64,000 nt of DNA from Deltaproteobacteria bacterium (lineage in GTDB: Bacteria > Desulfobacterota_D > UBA1144 > Nemesobacterales > CSP1-2), in the NCBI GenBank assembly GCA_052390235.1, contig JBQTHB010000006.1, positions 128,001-192,000 of the forward strand. Reading direction: 5' to 3'. The notes under the pieces were generated by a model. The model saw only the letters and a list, made by a program, of their open reading frames with translations, was not told the origin of the DNA and made no database searches. The position numbers were made by a program, and so were the translations under genes. Each line of letters opens with the position of its first letter. Position 1 is the stretch's first letter. Positions 30,366 to 40,025 of the stretch are shown here, piece after piece.

Positions 30366-32489
30366 ATGGAAGTTGACCAGTTGTCGCTTGTGATAGTGCT
30401 TGTCATAAGCCTGATAGCGCTCAGTTTCGCGGGCTTTTTAGCCAGATACGTGCTTAGCCAAGATACAGGAACGTCGGCGATGCAGGAGATAAGTAACGCC
30501 ATCAAGGAAGGGGCCGAGGCGTTTATGAAGAGGCAGTACTCGACGATTGTCCTAATGAGTGTTGCCCTTGGCGCGATTATCTTCTTACTTCTCTATTCAT
30601 TTGCGAAAGGGGATGCGTCGCTCGCCTGGCGGACGACAGTTGCCTTTTTCTTCGGCGCGGGTTGTTCCGGTCTTGCCGGATATATAGGTATGTATATCTC
30701 GATTAGGTCGAATATACGCACGGCAAGCGCCGTAAGGTCGAGTCTCGACAAGGCGCTTAAGGTCGCTTTCCGCGGAGGCGCAGTGTCAGGGGTTACAATT
30801 GTCGCCCTGAGTCTCCTCGGCGTGGGAACTCTGTTTGTTCTATTCGGAGGGATGGCTGAGGACGCCGAGGCGGCAAAGAGAGTGCCATATATGCTCGTTG
30901 GATACGGCTTCGGCGCGAGCTTCGTCGCCCTTTTCGCTCAATTAGGGGGCGGAATCTACACGAAAGCCGCTGACGTGGGCGCGGACTTGGTCGGAAAAGT
31001 AGAAGCCGGAATCCCTGAGGATGACCCCAGAAACCCCGCCGTAATTGCGGACTTGGTCGGGGATAACGTCGGCGACTGTGCCGGGCGCGGAGCGGATTTA
31101 TTCGAGTCCACAGCGGCTGAGAACATCGGGGCTATGATATTGGGAGTCGCCCTTTTTCCCGTCTTCGGCATCAATGGGATATTTTTCCCGCTCGTAACAG
31201 GGGCATTCGGTCTTTTAGGGAGCATGGTCGCAATCATGTCCGTAGGGCTTAAGGACGAGAAAGAAGACCCGATGTCGGCCCTGAACAGGGGATACTACAT
31301 CGCCTGCGCCCTTGCCGCAGTGGGATTTTATATCGCCACGTACCTGCTCCTCGATAACAATATGTGGCTCTTTATCGCAGGGCTTATAGGCATCATCACG
31401 AGCATCATGTTTGTCTATATCACTCAATACTACACCGAATACAAGTACCGCCCGGTGCAATTCATAGCCGAAGCCTCGCAAACGGGCCCAGCCACTAACA
31501 TCATCGCCGGTATTTCCATCGGCTTGGAATGCACGGCGCTTCCGGTGCTTGCCATATCCATAGCGCTTATCAGCTCATTTTACTGCGGCGTTCAGGGATT
31601 GGTCGGCTTTGAAGGCGTATCCTCTGCAAGCGCGGGGCTCTACGGCACGGCTATCGCCACAATGGGAATGCTCGGCACGGCGGCGTACATCCTCGCCATG
31701 GATACTTTCGGTCCCATCACGGACAACGCCGGCGGTATTGTCGAGATGAGCAATCAGCCCGAAGAGGTGAGGCGTAAAACCGACAGGCTCGACTCAGTGG
31801 GAAACACGACCAAAGCCCTTACAAAGGGCTACGCCATCGGCTCGGCGGCGCTTGCGGCATTCCTGCTGTTCTCGGCTTACTTAGACGAGATAGCCCACCT
31901 CACCGGAAAGGCTTTCGATACGGTCAATTTGGCTAAAGTCGAGGTGTTCGTAGGGGGGCTTTTGGGGGCGATGCTCGTATTCCTGTTCAGCGCGTTCGCC
32001 ATTAAAGCCGTCGCCAAGGCCGCTTATTACGTCATCAACGACGTGCGCGCTCAGTTCAAGGAAAACCCCGGCATCCTCCAAGGTACTTCAAAGCCCGATT
32101 ACGGCAGATGTGTTGACATCGTTACCAGAGGGGCGCTCAGGCAGATGATAGCCCCGGGGCTACTGGCAGTGGGAATGCCCATAGCCGTAGGGCTTATATT
32201 CAAGCAGCTGGGCGTCGGCGCGGAAGCCGTTGCCGGATTCCTGATGGTGGGAACTATCACCGGGATTCTGCTTGCTATATTTATGAACAACAGCGGCGGC
32301 GCTTGGGACAACACCAAGAAATATATCGAAACCGGATACTATGGGGGAAAGAAATCAGAAACCCATAAGGCGGCTGTCGTCGGAGACACCGTCGGAGACC
32401 CGTTCAAAGATACGGCGGGACCCTCGATTCACGTTCTTATAAAACTGCTCTCTACAATCACTCTGGTGCTTGCGCCGCTGTTTATTTAG
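30366..32489 (+). CDS. hppA: Membrane-bound ion-translocating pyrophosphatase, K+-independent type
   Basis: DVGADLVGKVE, DNVGD, GDTVGDPFKD; GNTTKA carries the Lys of K+-independent enzymes. Confidence 0.96.
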   Translation: MEVDQLSLVIVLVISLIALSFAGFLARYVLSQDTGTSAMQEISNAIKEGAEAFMKRQYSTIVLMSVALGAIIFLLLYSFAKGDASLAWRTTVAFFFGAGCSGLAGYIGMYISIRSNIRTASAVRSSLDKALKVAFRGGAVSGVTIVALSLLGVGTLFVLFGGMAEDAEAAKRVPYMLVGYGFGASFVALFAQLGGGIYTKAADVGADLVGKVEAGIPEDDPRNPAVIADLVGDNVGDCAGRGADLFESTAAENIGAMILGVALFPVFGINGIFFPLVTGAFGLLGSMVAIMSVGLKDEKEDPMSALNRGYYIACALAAVGFYIATYLLLDNNMWLFIAGLIGIITSIMFVYITQYYTEYKYRPVQFIAEASQTGPATNIIAGISIGLECTALPVLAISIALISSFYCGVQGLVGFEGVSSASAGLYGTAIATMGMLGTAAYILAMDTFGPITDNAGGIVEMSNQPEEVRRKTDRLDSVGNTTKALTKGYAIGSAALAAFLLFSAYLDEIAHLTGKAFDTVNLAKVEVFVGGLLGAMLVFLFSAFAIKAVAKAAYYVINDVRAQFKENPGILQGTSKPDYGRCVDIVTRGALRQMIAPGLLAVGMPIAVGLIFKQLGVGAEAVAGFLMVGTITGILLAIFMNNSGGAWDNTKKYIETGYYGGKKSETHKAAVVGDTVGDPFKDTAGPSIHVLIKLLSTITLVLAPLFI

Positions 32490-32498
32490 TAATTGACT

Positions 32499-32543
32499 AA
32501 AAAAAGGGAGGAGGCAAATATCGCGCCTTCTCCCCTCTTTTTT
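32499..32543. terminator. Probable bidirectional terminator between hppA and aroK
   Basis: A7-GGGAGGAGGC...GCCTTCTCCC-T-run between convergent genes. Confidence 0.65.
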
Positions 32544-32632
32544 ACGGTAGTGTAGGGCGCGGGGTGAATCATGGATTCGCACCCGAGATTATCCTCAGCC
32601 ATCTGGGCAGGCCGCATCAAAATTCTCTGCAC

Positions 32633-33172
32633 CTATTGTCCCGGGTAAATATCCAAAAGTTCCCTCGCTATCAGGGAAGCGACCGACTCAGGGGCTAGTC
32701 CTTCGGTGTTCACGGCAATATCGGCTTTTTCATATAGTGGAATCCTTGAGTCGAGCATCTCCACAAGCCTCTCGAAAGGGTTTTCAACCCGGAGTAGCGG
32801 GCGCGACTGATTCCCCTTCACGCGATTCCACAGCGCCTCAGCCGGCGCTCGAAGATACACCGTAACGCCGCCGCTCCGGCGCATCGCCTGCCAATTCTCT
32901 TCCCTCAGCGCTGCCCCCCCTCCGGTGGCAACCACTTGCGCCTCGTGAATGGATACGGATTTAAGCGCGGCGGACTCCGCATCTCGAAAATACTCCTCGC
33001 CGAAACGGGCGAATATCTCAGCTATCGGGATTTTAAGCTCCTTCTCAACGGCATCGTCTAGGTCTAGGAATCTAATCCCAAGAATTTTGGCAAGGGCCTT
33101 TCCCACGGAGCTTTTGCCTGCGCCCATAAAGCCAACTAAAAAAATATTGCGCTGGTGCGGCGTGTTTTGCAT
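32633..33172 (-). CDS. aroK: Shikimate kinase
   Basis: GFMGAGKS, GEEYFRDAE, ATGGG, RPLL. Confidence 0.96.
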   Translation of the reverse strand: MQNTPHQRNIFLVGFMGAGKSSVGKALAKILGIRFLDLDDAVEKELKIPIAEIFARFGEEYFRDAESAALKSVSIHEAQVVATGGGAALREENWQAMRRSGGVTVYLRAPAEALWNRVKGNQSRPLLRVENPFERLVEMLDSRIPLYEKADIAVNTEGLAPESVASLIARELLDIYPGQ

Positions 33173-33252
33173 GGATGACCTCCCTCACGGGCGACATTGG
33201 GCTGGCTCGGCGAGCCGAGATAGAGATGGAAAAGATAAAATTCGGCGCTTTC

Positions 33253-33888
33253 TTAGAAATTCTCGAGCATCTGGGCGATGGTTTTTTTCTTACTGGGATT
33301 TGCCGCCGTCAATTTCTCGACGTACTTTGCGATAATGTCGCACTCAATGTTGACCGCATCGCCCGCCTTGATGTCCGAAAGCGCCGTCGCCTCCTGAGTG
33401 AACGGTATCAAATTCACCGAAAACCTGCTAGCCTCGACCTCATTCACCGTAAGGCTGACTCCGCTCACGGCGATTGACCCCTTCTCGACGACGTACTTTG
33501 ACAGCCCTTCGGGAATCGAGAACCACACAACCAGCGACTCCCCCCGGCGGGCGAGCGAGTCCACCCTGCCCACTCCGTCCACATGACCGTTTACGATATG
33601 CCCTCCGAGCCTTCCGCCGACCTTCATTGCCCGCTCCAGATTAACACGACTTCCCGGTTTGAGGTTGCCTAGATTTGTTCTTCGGAGCGTCTCCTGAGAT
33701 GCGTCAACCGTAAAGGTGTTGCTCCCAATGGAGGTTACGGTGAGGCAGGCACCGTTGACCGCGATGCTCTCGCCGAGGACGAGTTCGCCGGCGGGGATGT
33801 TTTTCAGCTCGAAGCTAAGCGCGGCGTCCTTTGCCCCAGCTTTAATCTCCCGAACCCTGCCGATGTCTTCAACTATACCGGTGAACAT
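33253..33888 (-). CDS. ribE: Riboflavin synthase
   Basis: MFTGIVE start, SIAVNGACLT, GGHIVNGHVD. Confidence 0.97.
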   Translation of the reverse strand: MFTGIVEDIGRVREIKAGAKDAALSFELKNIPAGELVLGESIAVNGACLTVTSIGSNTFTVDASQETLRRTNLGNLKPGSRVNLERAMKVGGRLGGHIVNGHVDGVGRVDSLARRGESLVVWFSIPEGLSKYVVEKGSIAVSGVSLTVNEVEASRFSVNLIPFTQEATALSDIKAGDAVNIECDIIAKYVEKLTAANPSKKKTIAQMLENF

Positions 33889-34374
33889 TCAGCCCTCCCT
33901 CTTCATAAAAAACGTCTCGAACAGAATCAAAATCACGCCCACAGTGATGGCAGAATCCGCAATATTGAACGCTGGCCAGTGGTAATCTGGGTTCCCGAAC
34001 CAGTGGACGTCAATAAAATCCACGACATAGCCGTATCTGAATCGGTCAATGGAATTTCCCACTGCGCCTCCGAGAACAAGCCCAAGAGCGGCAATCAGGA
34101 GTTTATGACTCTCGTGAGCAGACCGAAGAAACGTAAATATAGCCGCGACAGCCATCACAAGCACCAGCGCAAAGAGCGGCATCCGAACCGAATCTGACAG
34201 GGTGTTGAGGATTCCGAAAGCCGCTCCAGGGTTTCTCACATAGGTCAGGTCCAAGAATGAAAATACCGCAACCCTCTCGTAGAGAAAAAAATTAGCCTCA
34301 ATGAGCCATTTGGTTATTTGATCCGAAACCACAACAAAAGAGGAAATAGAAAGCGCAAGGGCGTATTTATTCAT
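33889..34374 (-). CDS. lspA: Lipoprotein signal peptidase II
   Basis: DQITK, NPGAAFG, GNSIDR, VVDFI, FNIAD. Confidence 0.97.
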   Translation of the reverse strand: MNKYALALSISSFVVVSDQITKWLIEANFFLYERVAVFSFLDLTYVRNPGAAFGILNTLSDSVRMPLFALVLVMAVAAIFTFLRSAHESHKLLIAALGLVLGGAVGNSIDRFRYGYVVDFIDVHWFGNPDYHWPAFNIADSAITVGVILILFETFFMKREG

Positions 34375-34404
34375 CGTGGCTAGGATTATATCGGCTTCGG
34401 GTTG

Positions 34405-36639
34405 CTAGTTCAAATTCTCTCGCATCGCCCACCGGCATCTATCTATAAAATCGAGGGCAAAGCCCCAAGCCCCCGAATCCGCGGTGCGGGAGGCGCGCCC
34501 GATAACATCCGAAGCCTCGCCGTATCTGCCGAGGGCGTAGAGCGCAATCCCCAGAAGCCGCAGGTTTTCTCTACCCAACGCGGTGTCCGAGGGAAGTCCT
34601 GCGGAGTCCGCTTTGGATAACAGCAAAGACGCTCTCTCATAATCCGAGTTGTTGAAGAACATTCTGCCCAGCAGGTAGTAAGCCGGAGCAAAGCGGGGGT
34701 ACTGCGCCGTAAGTTCGGTCAGCGCGGCTAGTTGAGTGAGCTTATCCCTAGTGGAGAAATAGATTTTAATTCGGTTTTGAATCCCCAATCCGGCGGCGAG
34801 GACGGAGAGCTTTATCTCAATCTCTCTGTCAATGTCCGCAGGGAGGGCGGAGTCTCGAAGGGATTTGAAGATAGTCAGCGCCTCCTTGGATTTGCCCAAT
34901 TGCCACAGGGCATTTGCCCGAATATTGAGCAGTATATTAGCGTCAACCTCGGAAGCGCCCGCAGGGATTTTGTCGGCAACGCGCAGGGTTTCGGGAAAGT
35001 CCCGGTCGTAGTAAGAGGCATAGGCTAGGCTCTGCGCGAGCGACGCATCGCCGCCGTCATAGCCCAGAGCCTGCGAAAATAGATCCTTCGCCCGATAGAG
35101 ATTTCCCGATGCAAACGCAGAGACGCCCTCGTCCCTTAGGGCGGCAATCTTTCTCGGACACCTCGCCCCGAATATGGCTGGCGCGCTGAATCTATATCCG
35201 GCCAGAGCGGGGGCTTCGGCGGGCATAGAAATTTTTCCCAGATACCCCCTCCACTCGGACACAAGCCCGTCGAGGTTTTTTTTATAAATGCCGAAATCCC
35301 CCGTGCGGTAGAGGTATTTAAACCTCTCAATGCCGTAATTTTCAATTAAATACCGGCAGAAAGACCCCATCAGCGTATAGCTCTTCCGAGGGGGCGCGTG
35401 CCAGAATCCCAGACCCACGATGTCCTCAATATCGGGCGCGGCGCCGCTGTCAATCATCGCCCTAGACCACTGGTGCGGGGTAAGCCCGTTTTCGCTCCAA
35501 TCGGCGGCGACGGCAATACCCTCTACAAGCCCTATTTTCGGGCTAATGCCGAGGATGCGCGTGCCAAACTCAGACGCCATAACGTGGACTAGCTCGTGCT
35601 TCAGCACGGCATGGGGGAATCCATCGTAAACCAGGTGAATCTCGCGGTGAATGGGATTTGCCACTGTGGTCTCGCCCGCGCCGATAATTTTTTTGCGCGT
35701 CTTCTCGTCTGGATAAATATAAGAGCGGATTTTCTCCCCGGAGCTGACGTTGAGGTATCGCTTCAGTTGATAATAGCGCCACTCGTGGTCTTCGGCGATG
35801 AGTTTTATCATCCTAGCCTCGGGCGAGCCGGGGGAGTAGCGGATAATAAAATGCTCGGTCTCGACGATGCCCTGAAGAAAATTTCGGGCTACATAGCCCC
35901 TGCTGTATATAAAACCGAAATCCTCTCGTTTGACATGGAAGAATAAAATTGCGGCGGCTAGGGGAATCATCGCCAATACGGCAGGCAATCTCCGCCCCCA
36001 CACCTGGGTTCGGGCGAGAGCTAAGCTCGAAGCAATTATAAACCCCGCGCCCCAGCACAGAACACTCACTCTGTAGAGGACAAGCGTCGGTGTTATGGCT
36101 ATAGCCTCGTCGTAGAGAGGCCCGGGGAAAAATCCGAACACGGGGTTATACGAGAAAACTGGCATCTGGGCGTAAAGCCTCCAGAGCGAGAGCGAAACCG
36201 CTCCGATAAGAACGAGCGCGCCGAGAAAAAATCCCTTCCTCGGAAACAGTATCTCTAGTAAAAACCCCAGCGAAGATGAGAAAAACACGCTGACACAGGG
36301 AATCAGCAGGTAGAATATTATCCCCTCTGAAACGGAACAGTCTCCTTTCAGCAGTGATGCCGAAAGCCCGATGATAAACGGCAATGCAAGCATTATCAGA
36401 TTTATCAGGGCAACCGAGCAGAGCATATCGGCAAGCGCAATTCCCCGCGCGGCAGATTTCCTCGCCTCTAGCGCGTATTCAGCGGAGGAAAAAACGGCGG
36501 CAAATGACCCGGCAAATGCCACAACGACCGAAAATTCAAACCCAAGCGCGCCGGCAAGCGGGAGAAAAAGCAGAGCGAGCGACAGCAAGGAAAGCGCGGC
36601 TATCGGAGTAGCAAAGCGTTTCGACAATATTCGAGGCAT
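34405..36639 (-). CDS. Membrane protein with gluzincin-like metallopeptidase motif and C-terminal TPR-like repeats
   Basis: About six N-terminal TM segments; HELVH...LVEGIAV; helical YYLLGRMFF-type repeats. Confidence 0.7.
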   Translation of the reverse strand: MPRILSKRFATPIAALSLLSLALLFLPLAGALGFEFSVVVAFAGSFAAVFSSAEYALEARKSAARGIALADMLCSVALINLIMLALPFIIGLSASLLKGDCSVSEGIIFYLLIPCVSVFFSSSLGFLLEILFPRKGFFLGALVLIGAVSLSLWRLYAQMPVFSYNPVFGFFPGPLYDEAIAITPTLVLYRVSVLCWGAGFIIASSLALARTQVWGRRLPAVLAMIPLAAAILFFHVKREDFGFIYSRGYVARNFLQGIVETEHFIIRYSPGSPEARMIKLIAEDHEWRYYQLKRYLNVSSGEKIRSYIYPDEKTRKKIIGAGETTVANPIHREIHLVYDGFPHAVLKHELVHVMASEFGTRILGISPKIGLVEGIAVAADWSENGLTPHQWSRAMIDSGAAPDIEDIVGLGFWHAPPRKSYTLMGSFCRYLIENYGIERFKYLYRTGDFGIYKKNLDGLVSEWRGYLGKISMPAEAPALAGYRFSAPAIFGARCPRKIAALRDEGVSAFASGNLYRAKDLFSQALGYDGGDASLAQSLAYASYYDRDFPETLRVADKIPAGASEVDANILLNIRANALWQLGKSKEALTIFKSLRDSALPADIDREIEIKLSVLAAGLGIQNRIKIYFSTRDKLTQLAALTELTAQYPRFAPAYYLLGRMFFNNSDYERASLLLSKADSAGLPSDTALGRENLRLLGIALYALGRYGEASDVIGRASRTADSGAWGFALDFIDRCRWAMRENLN

Positions 36640-36710
36640 TTTTAGACCTAATTATTCATTATACATATATCACATTCGGATGGGGGAGGCATAGCAGATG
36701 AGAGCGGATT

Positions 36711-36741
36711 TAATCCGTCTTTAGGGGAGTTGACGTATATA
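36711..36741 (+). promoter_or_regulatory. Candidate ECF (SigK/ECF18-19-like) promoter
   Basis: TAATCC-17 nt-CGTATATA, matching the motif upstream of the anti-sigma gene at 52940. Confidence 0.55.
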
Positions 36742-36762
36742 AGGTTAGTTTGTTCAGGCGTT

Positions 36763-36793
36763 GAGCGGGAGGAGCGGGAGGAGCGGGGGGGGG
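36763..36793 (+). repeat. GAGCGGGAG tandem repeat ending in a G9 tract
   Basis: GAGCGGGAG GAGCGGGAG GAGC GGGGGGGGG read directly. Confidence 0.85.
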
Positions 36794-36899
36794 ATTGAAT
36801 TTATTGACACGGAATGTTATATAGAATATAAATAAGCTGCGCAAGTGGCAGGTTCGTCCTTTTAATGAAATCAAATAAAACCAAAGGAGGATGTAAAAT

Positions 36900-38102
36900 A
36901 TGAATAGATTTAAGCGTTTCGGACTGGGAATGTCCGTGGTTTTGCTTTTTGCTTCGGCCTGTGCAACCCCGCCGAAAGAAGCCGCCGCGCCCGCGCCGAC
37001 TTCCGCCACACCGGCGGCGGCTCTGCGCACCGCGCTTAACGGTTTGATGCAGGAGCATGTATATTTGGCGGCATTGGCAACTGGAGCGGCCCTAGGTGGT
37101 CGCAACGCCGAATTCCAAGCGGCGGCGGCGGCTCTTGATGCCAACTCCGTAGCGATAGCCGACGCAAACGGCTCAGTCTATGGCCCTGAAGCTGGAGCGG
37201 CTTTCCTTCCCCTGTGGCGCAAGCACATCGGAATGGTCGTTGACTACACCGTTGGCGTAGCTACGAAAAACAAAGCCAAGCAAGACAAAGCCGTAGCCGA
37301 CCTCGTACAGTACAGCAAGGATTTCGGCGCGTTTCTCAACTCCGCAAGCCCGGCTCTTCCGCCGGACGCGGTAGCGGAGCTTGTAAAGGGACATATCCTA
37401 ACCCTTAAGCCTGTGATTGACGCTCAGGCATCGGGAGACTTCACGAAGGCTTACACCGCCCTGCGCGACGCGGCTGGACATATGCCGATGATAGCCGACG
37501 CCCACGCTTCCACAATTGTAAAACAGTTCCCGGAGAAATTCAGCGGCTCTTCCGATACCTCAGCCGCCGCCTTGCGCTCGGCTCTTAGCCTGCTCATTAA
37601 AGAGCATGTATATCTAGCCGCCGCCGCGACCGGAGCCGCGCTCGGAGGCCGCACGGCTGAATTCCAAGCCGCCGCCGCCGCCCTTGACGCAAACTCCATA
37701 GCCCTGGCAAAAGCTAACGGCTCAGTGTATGGCCCTGAAGCCGAAGCCGCGTTCCTTCCCCTGTGGCGCAAACACATCGGAATGGTCGTTGACTACACCG
37801 TAGGACTCGCCACAAAAGACAAGGCAAAGCAGGATAAAGCCGTAGGCGACCTCGTGCAGTACAGCAAGGATTTCGGCGCGTTTCTCAACTCCGCAAGCCC
37901 GGCTCTTCCGGCTGATGCAGTGGCGGAACTGGTGAAAGGACACATCCTCAGCCTCAAAACTGTGATTGACGCTCAGGCGGCAGGGGATCAGGCAAAGGTC
38001 TATACCTCCCTCCGCGAGGCAGTACACCACATGCAGATGATTTCCGACGCTCACGCCGAGACGATAGTGCAACAGTTCCCGGCTAAATTTGCGGTAAAGT
38101 AA
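36900..38102 (+). CDS. Uncharacterised helical lipoprotein made of two ~183-aa His-containing repeats, putatively metal-binding
   Basis: Lipobox FASAC; each repeat has EHVYLA, WRKHIGM, VKGHI, (G/H)HMxM and DAHA; repeat offset 549 nt. Confidence 0.8.
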   Translation: MNRFKRFGLGMSVVLLFASACATPPKEAAAPAPTSATPAAALRTALNGLMQEHVYLAALATGAALGGRNAEFQAAAAALDANSVAIADANGSVYGPEAGAAFLPLWRKHIGMVVDYTVGVATKNKAKQDKAVADLVQYSKDFGAFLNSASPALPPDAVAELVKGHILTLKPVIDAQASGDFTKAYTALRDAAGHMPMIADAHASTIVKQFPEKFSGSSDTSAAALRSALSLLIKEHVYLAAAATGAALGGRTAEFQAAAAALDANSIALAKANGSVYGPEAEAAFLPLWRKHIGMVVDYTVGLATKDKAKQDKAVGDLVQYSKDFGAFLNSASPALPADAVAELVKGHILSLKTVIDAQAAGDQAKVYTSLREAVHHMQMISDAHAETIVQQFPAKFAVK

Positions 38103-38141
38103 AATTATCGGGAAACACAGAAAAATATATTGTATAATCTC

Positions 38142-38185
38142 AAGGCGACGGTTTCATTACATCAAAGGAGCCGTCGCCTTTTTTT
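38142..38185 (+). terminator. Intrinsic terminator-like hairpin between the lipoprotein and cupredoxin genes
   Basis: AAGGCGACGGTT...AGCCGTCGCCTT followed by a T-run. Confidence 0.7.
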
Positions 38186-38207
38186 ATACTAATTCAAGGA
38201 GGAAACA

Positions 38208-38678
38208 ATGAAATATAAATCCATAGCCGCCATCATAATAAGCGCCTCTGCCCTAGTCCTATCTTCCGGCGCAGTATCTTACGGATGCGATACCGCATCT
38301 AAAGCCTCAGCCGAGGAGGGTGTCAAAACCCAGAGCGTTAAAACCGATGCCCCCCCAACCCAGACCGCGTCAAACAAGTCCGAGCCGGTAAGCGTTGACA
38401 TTAAACTGTTCACCTTCAAGCCGGGGGTTATAGAAATTCCCGAAGGCGCGACGATTACCTGGACTAACGGAGACGCCATCGAACACAGCGTTACAAATGG
38501 CACTCCTGAGAAAACGGGCGATGCCTTTGACTCGGACTACTTTACCAAGGGGCAAACCTACTCATTTACATTTGCCAAAGCCGGGGAATACCCATACTTT
38601 TGCAAGAGGCACACCAACATGGTAGGCTCAGTAAAAGTAGTCCCTGCCGCCCCAGGCCATTCGGGACACTCGTACTAA
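38208..38678 (+). CDS. Exported type-1 blue copper protein (amicyanin/plastocyanin-like)
   Basis: Signal peptide; WTNGDAIEHSV; YPYFCKRHTNM gives C-x2-H-x2-M. Confidence 0.92.
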   Translation: MKYKSIAAIIISASALVLSSGAVSYGCDTASKASAEEGVKTQSVKTDAPPTQTASNKSEPVSVDIKLFTFKPGVIEIPEGATITWTNGDAIEHSVTNGTPEKTGDAFDSDYFTKGQTYSFTFAKAGEYPYFCKRHTNMVGSVKVVPAAPGHSGHSY

Positions 38679-38682
38679 CCCG

Positions 38683-39918
38683 CTATTTCGCAGTTTTTAG
38701 ACGAACCTCGCGCACCACAGTCTTAACATGGGGGAATTGCTCCTCGCTCCAAACGACAAAAAAATTCCCCCCGGCGGAAGCGGCAATGTCTGGGGCGTAG
38801 GACTTTATGGCTCCCGAAAGGGTCTCAATAGGGCTAAAGCTCTTGCCACCATCCGTTGAGTATCTCAGCACAATACGCCGACGCACCGCCGTTGAGTCTT
38901 CCCAAGCTATGGCTAGAGCGCCGTCTCCTACGGCCATTGAGACGTGGTCGGGGATAGACGATTTGGATTCGTCGAGACGCCGCGGGGCAGAGAATTCCCT
39001 CCCGTCCCTGGATTTGGCGAATAGGACATTAGGCTCTCCAGCCCCTTCCGTGTACCAAGAGGCGTAAATCGTCCCGCCGCCGTCAATTCCTACGCTCCCT
39101 CCGCGATGAGGGCAGGCGGCGATTTTCCAATTATCGGCATGAACTAGAGAGGGAGGGACAGAATCCGCGCCCGTAGAGATGACCATATCCCTCGCATCCT
39201 CGGCGAATACCTGTCGCCAGAGAACGGCAAATCTATTATTCTCCCCTGCGCCGAGGTCAACCCTGCAACACACACAGACATCGCCCGCTAATTTCACGGC
39301 GGATTCAACGCTCGTCCCCCGACTCCCGATTCGAGCTATAAAAGTGGCGGGCTTGTCCCACCCCTCGCGGGTGTCAATCCATGAAATCAGCACGCTCCCG
39401 TCGGATGCAACGTCCATCCCCTCGAATGAGTGGGAAATTGGGCGGTCTTCATTGATTCTGAGATGATTATCAAAATTCCTCCCCCCGTCGAGCGAGCGGG
39501 AGAGGATTAAATCGGATGCGAAAAGCGCCCCCTCAGGCTTGGGCTTGCTGGCAGACCAGGAGATATAAATCTCCCCCTCTGACCCTACGGCGATTCCGGG
39601 GGACTGATGAACAGAGTCGGCGCTCATCCCATCGGGGTTTACACGGACGGGGTATAGGACTCCTCTTTCCAGTCGAGCGATATAGACATTGTTCGCGCCG
39701 GCAACCTCCGCCGTCCAAGCGATAACGGGTTTTCCATCGGCCCCTGCGGCTAGGGCTACGTCCGAGATATGAACCTCGTGGAGTTTTCCGGGATGAACAA
39801 ACTCGTAGCTCGCCCCCAATTCAATACCTGTACCAGGAGCGGGCGGCGGATTCGAGCAGGAAACCGCCGATAAAACGCAGGTCAGCAAAATAAATCCATA
39901 GCAGAATTTAGCGAGCAT
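38683..39918 (-). CDS. BNR/Asp-box beta-propeller lipoprotein (start moved to ATG 39918)
   Basis: Lipobox SAVSC; SLDGGRNF, SRDGREFS, STDGGKSFS Asp-boxes; CVCCR and ACPHRG metal-like motifs. Confidence 0.85.
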   Translation of the reverse strand: MLAKFCYGFILLTCVLSAVSCSNPPPAPGTGIELGASYEFVHPGKLHEVHISDVALAAGADGKPVIAWTAEVAGANNVYIARLERGVLYPVRVNPDGMSADSVHQSPGIAVGSEGEIYISWSASKPKPEGALFASDLILSRSLDGGRNFDNHLRINEDRPISHSFEGMDVASDGSVLISWIDTREGWDKPATFIARIGSRGTSVESAVKLAGDVCVCCRVDLGAGENNRFAVLWRQVFAEDARDMVISTGADSVPPSLVHADNWKIAACPHRGGSVGIDGGGTIYASWYTEGAGEPNVLFAKSRDGREFSAPRRLDESKSSIPDHVSMAVGDGALAIAWEDSTAVRRRIVLRYSTDGGKSFSPIETLSGAIKSYAPDIAASAGGNFFVVWSEEQFPHVKTVVREVRLKTAK

Positions 39919-40025
39919 TTTATTCCCTCCGATAAATAATTCCATCCCCAAACGCGCAAGCCGCGCCCGGAGAAGGGAAGAGCGAGAGTTTCCCCCCCTA
40001 CCCTCCTGCCCCGGCGCTATTTTTA

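Noticed and set aside
38683..39918. True sialidase
   Set aside because: Asp-boxes are present but I saw no FRIP motif or Arg triad; the context points to metal handling
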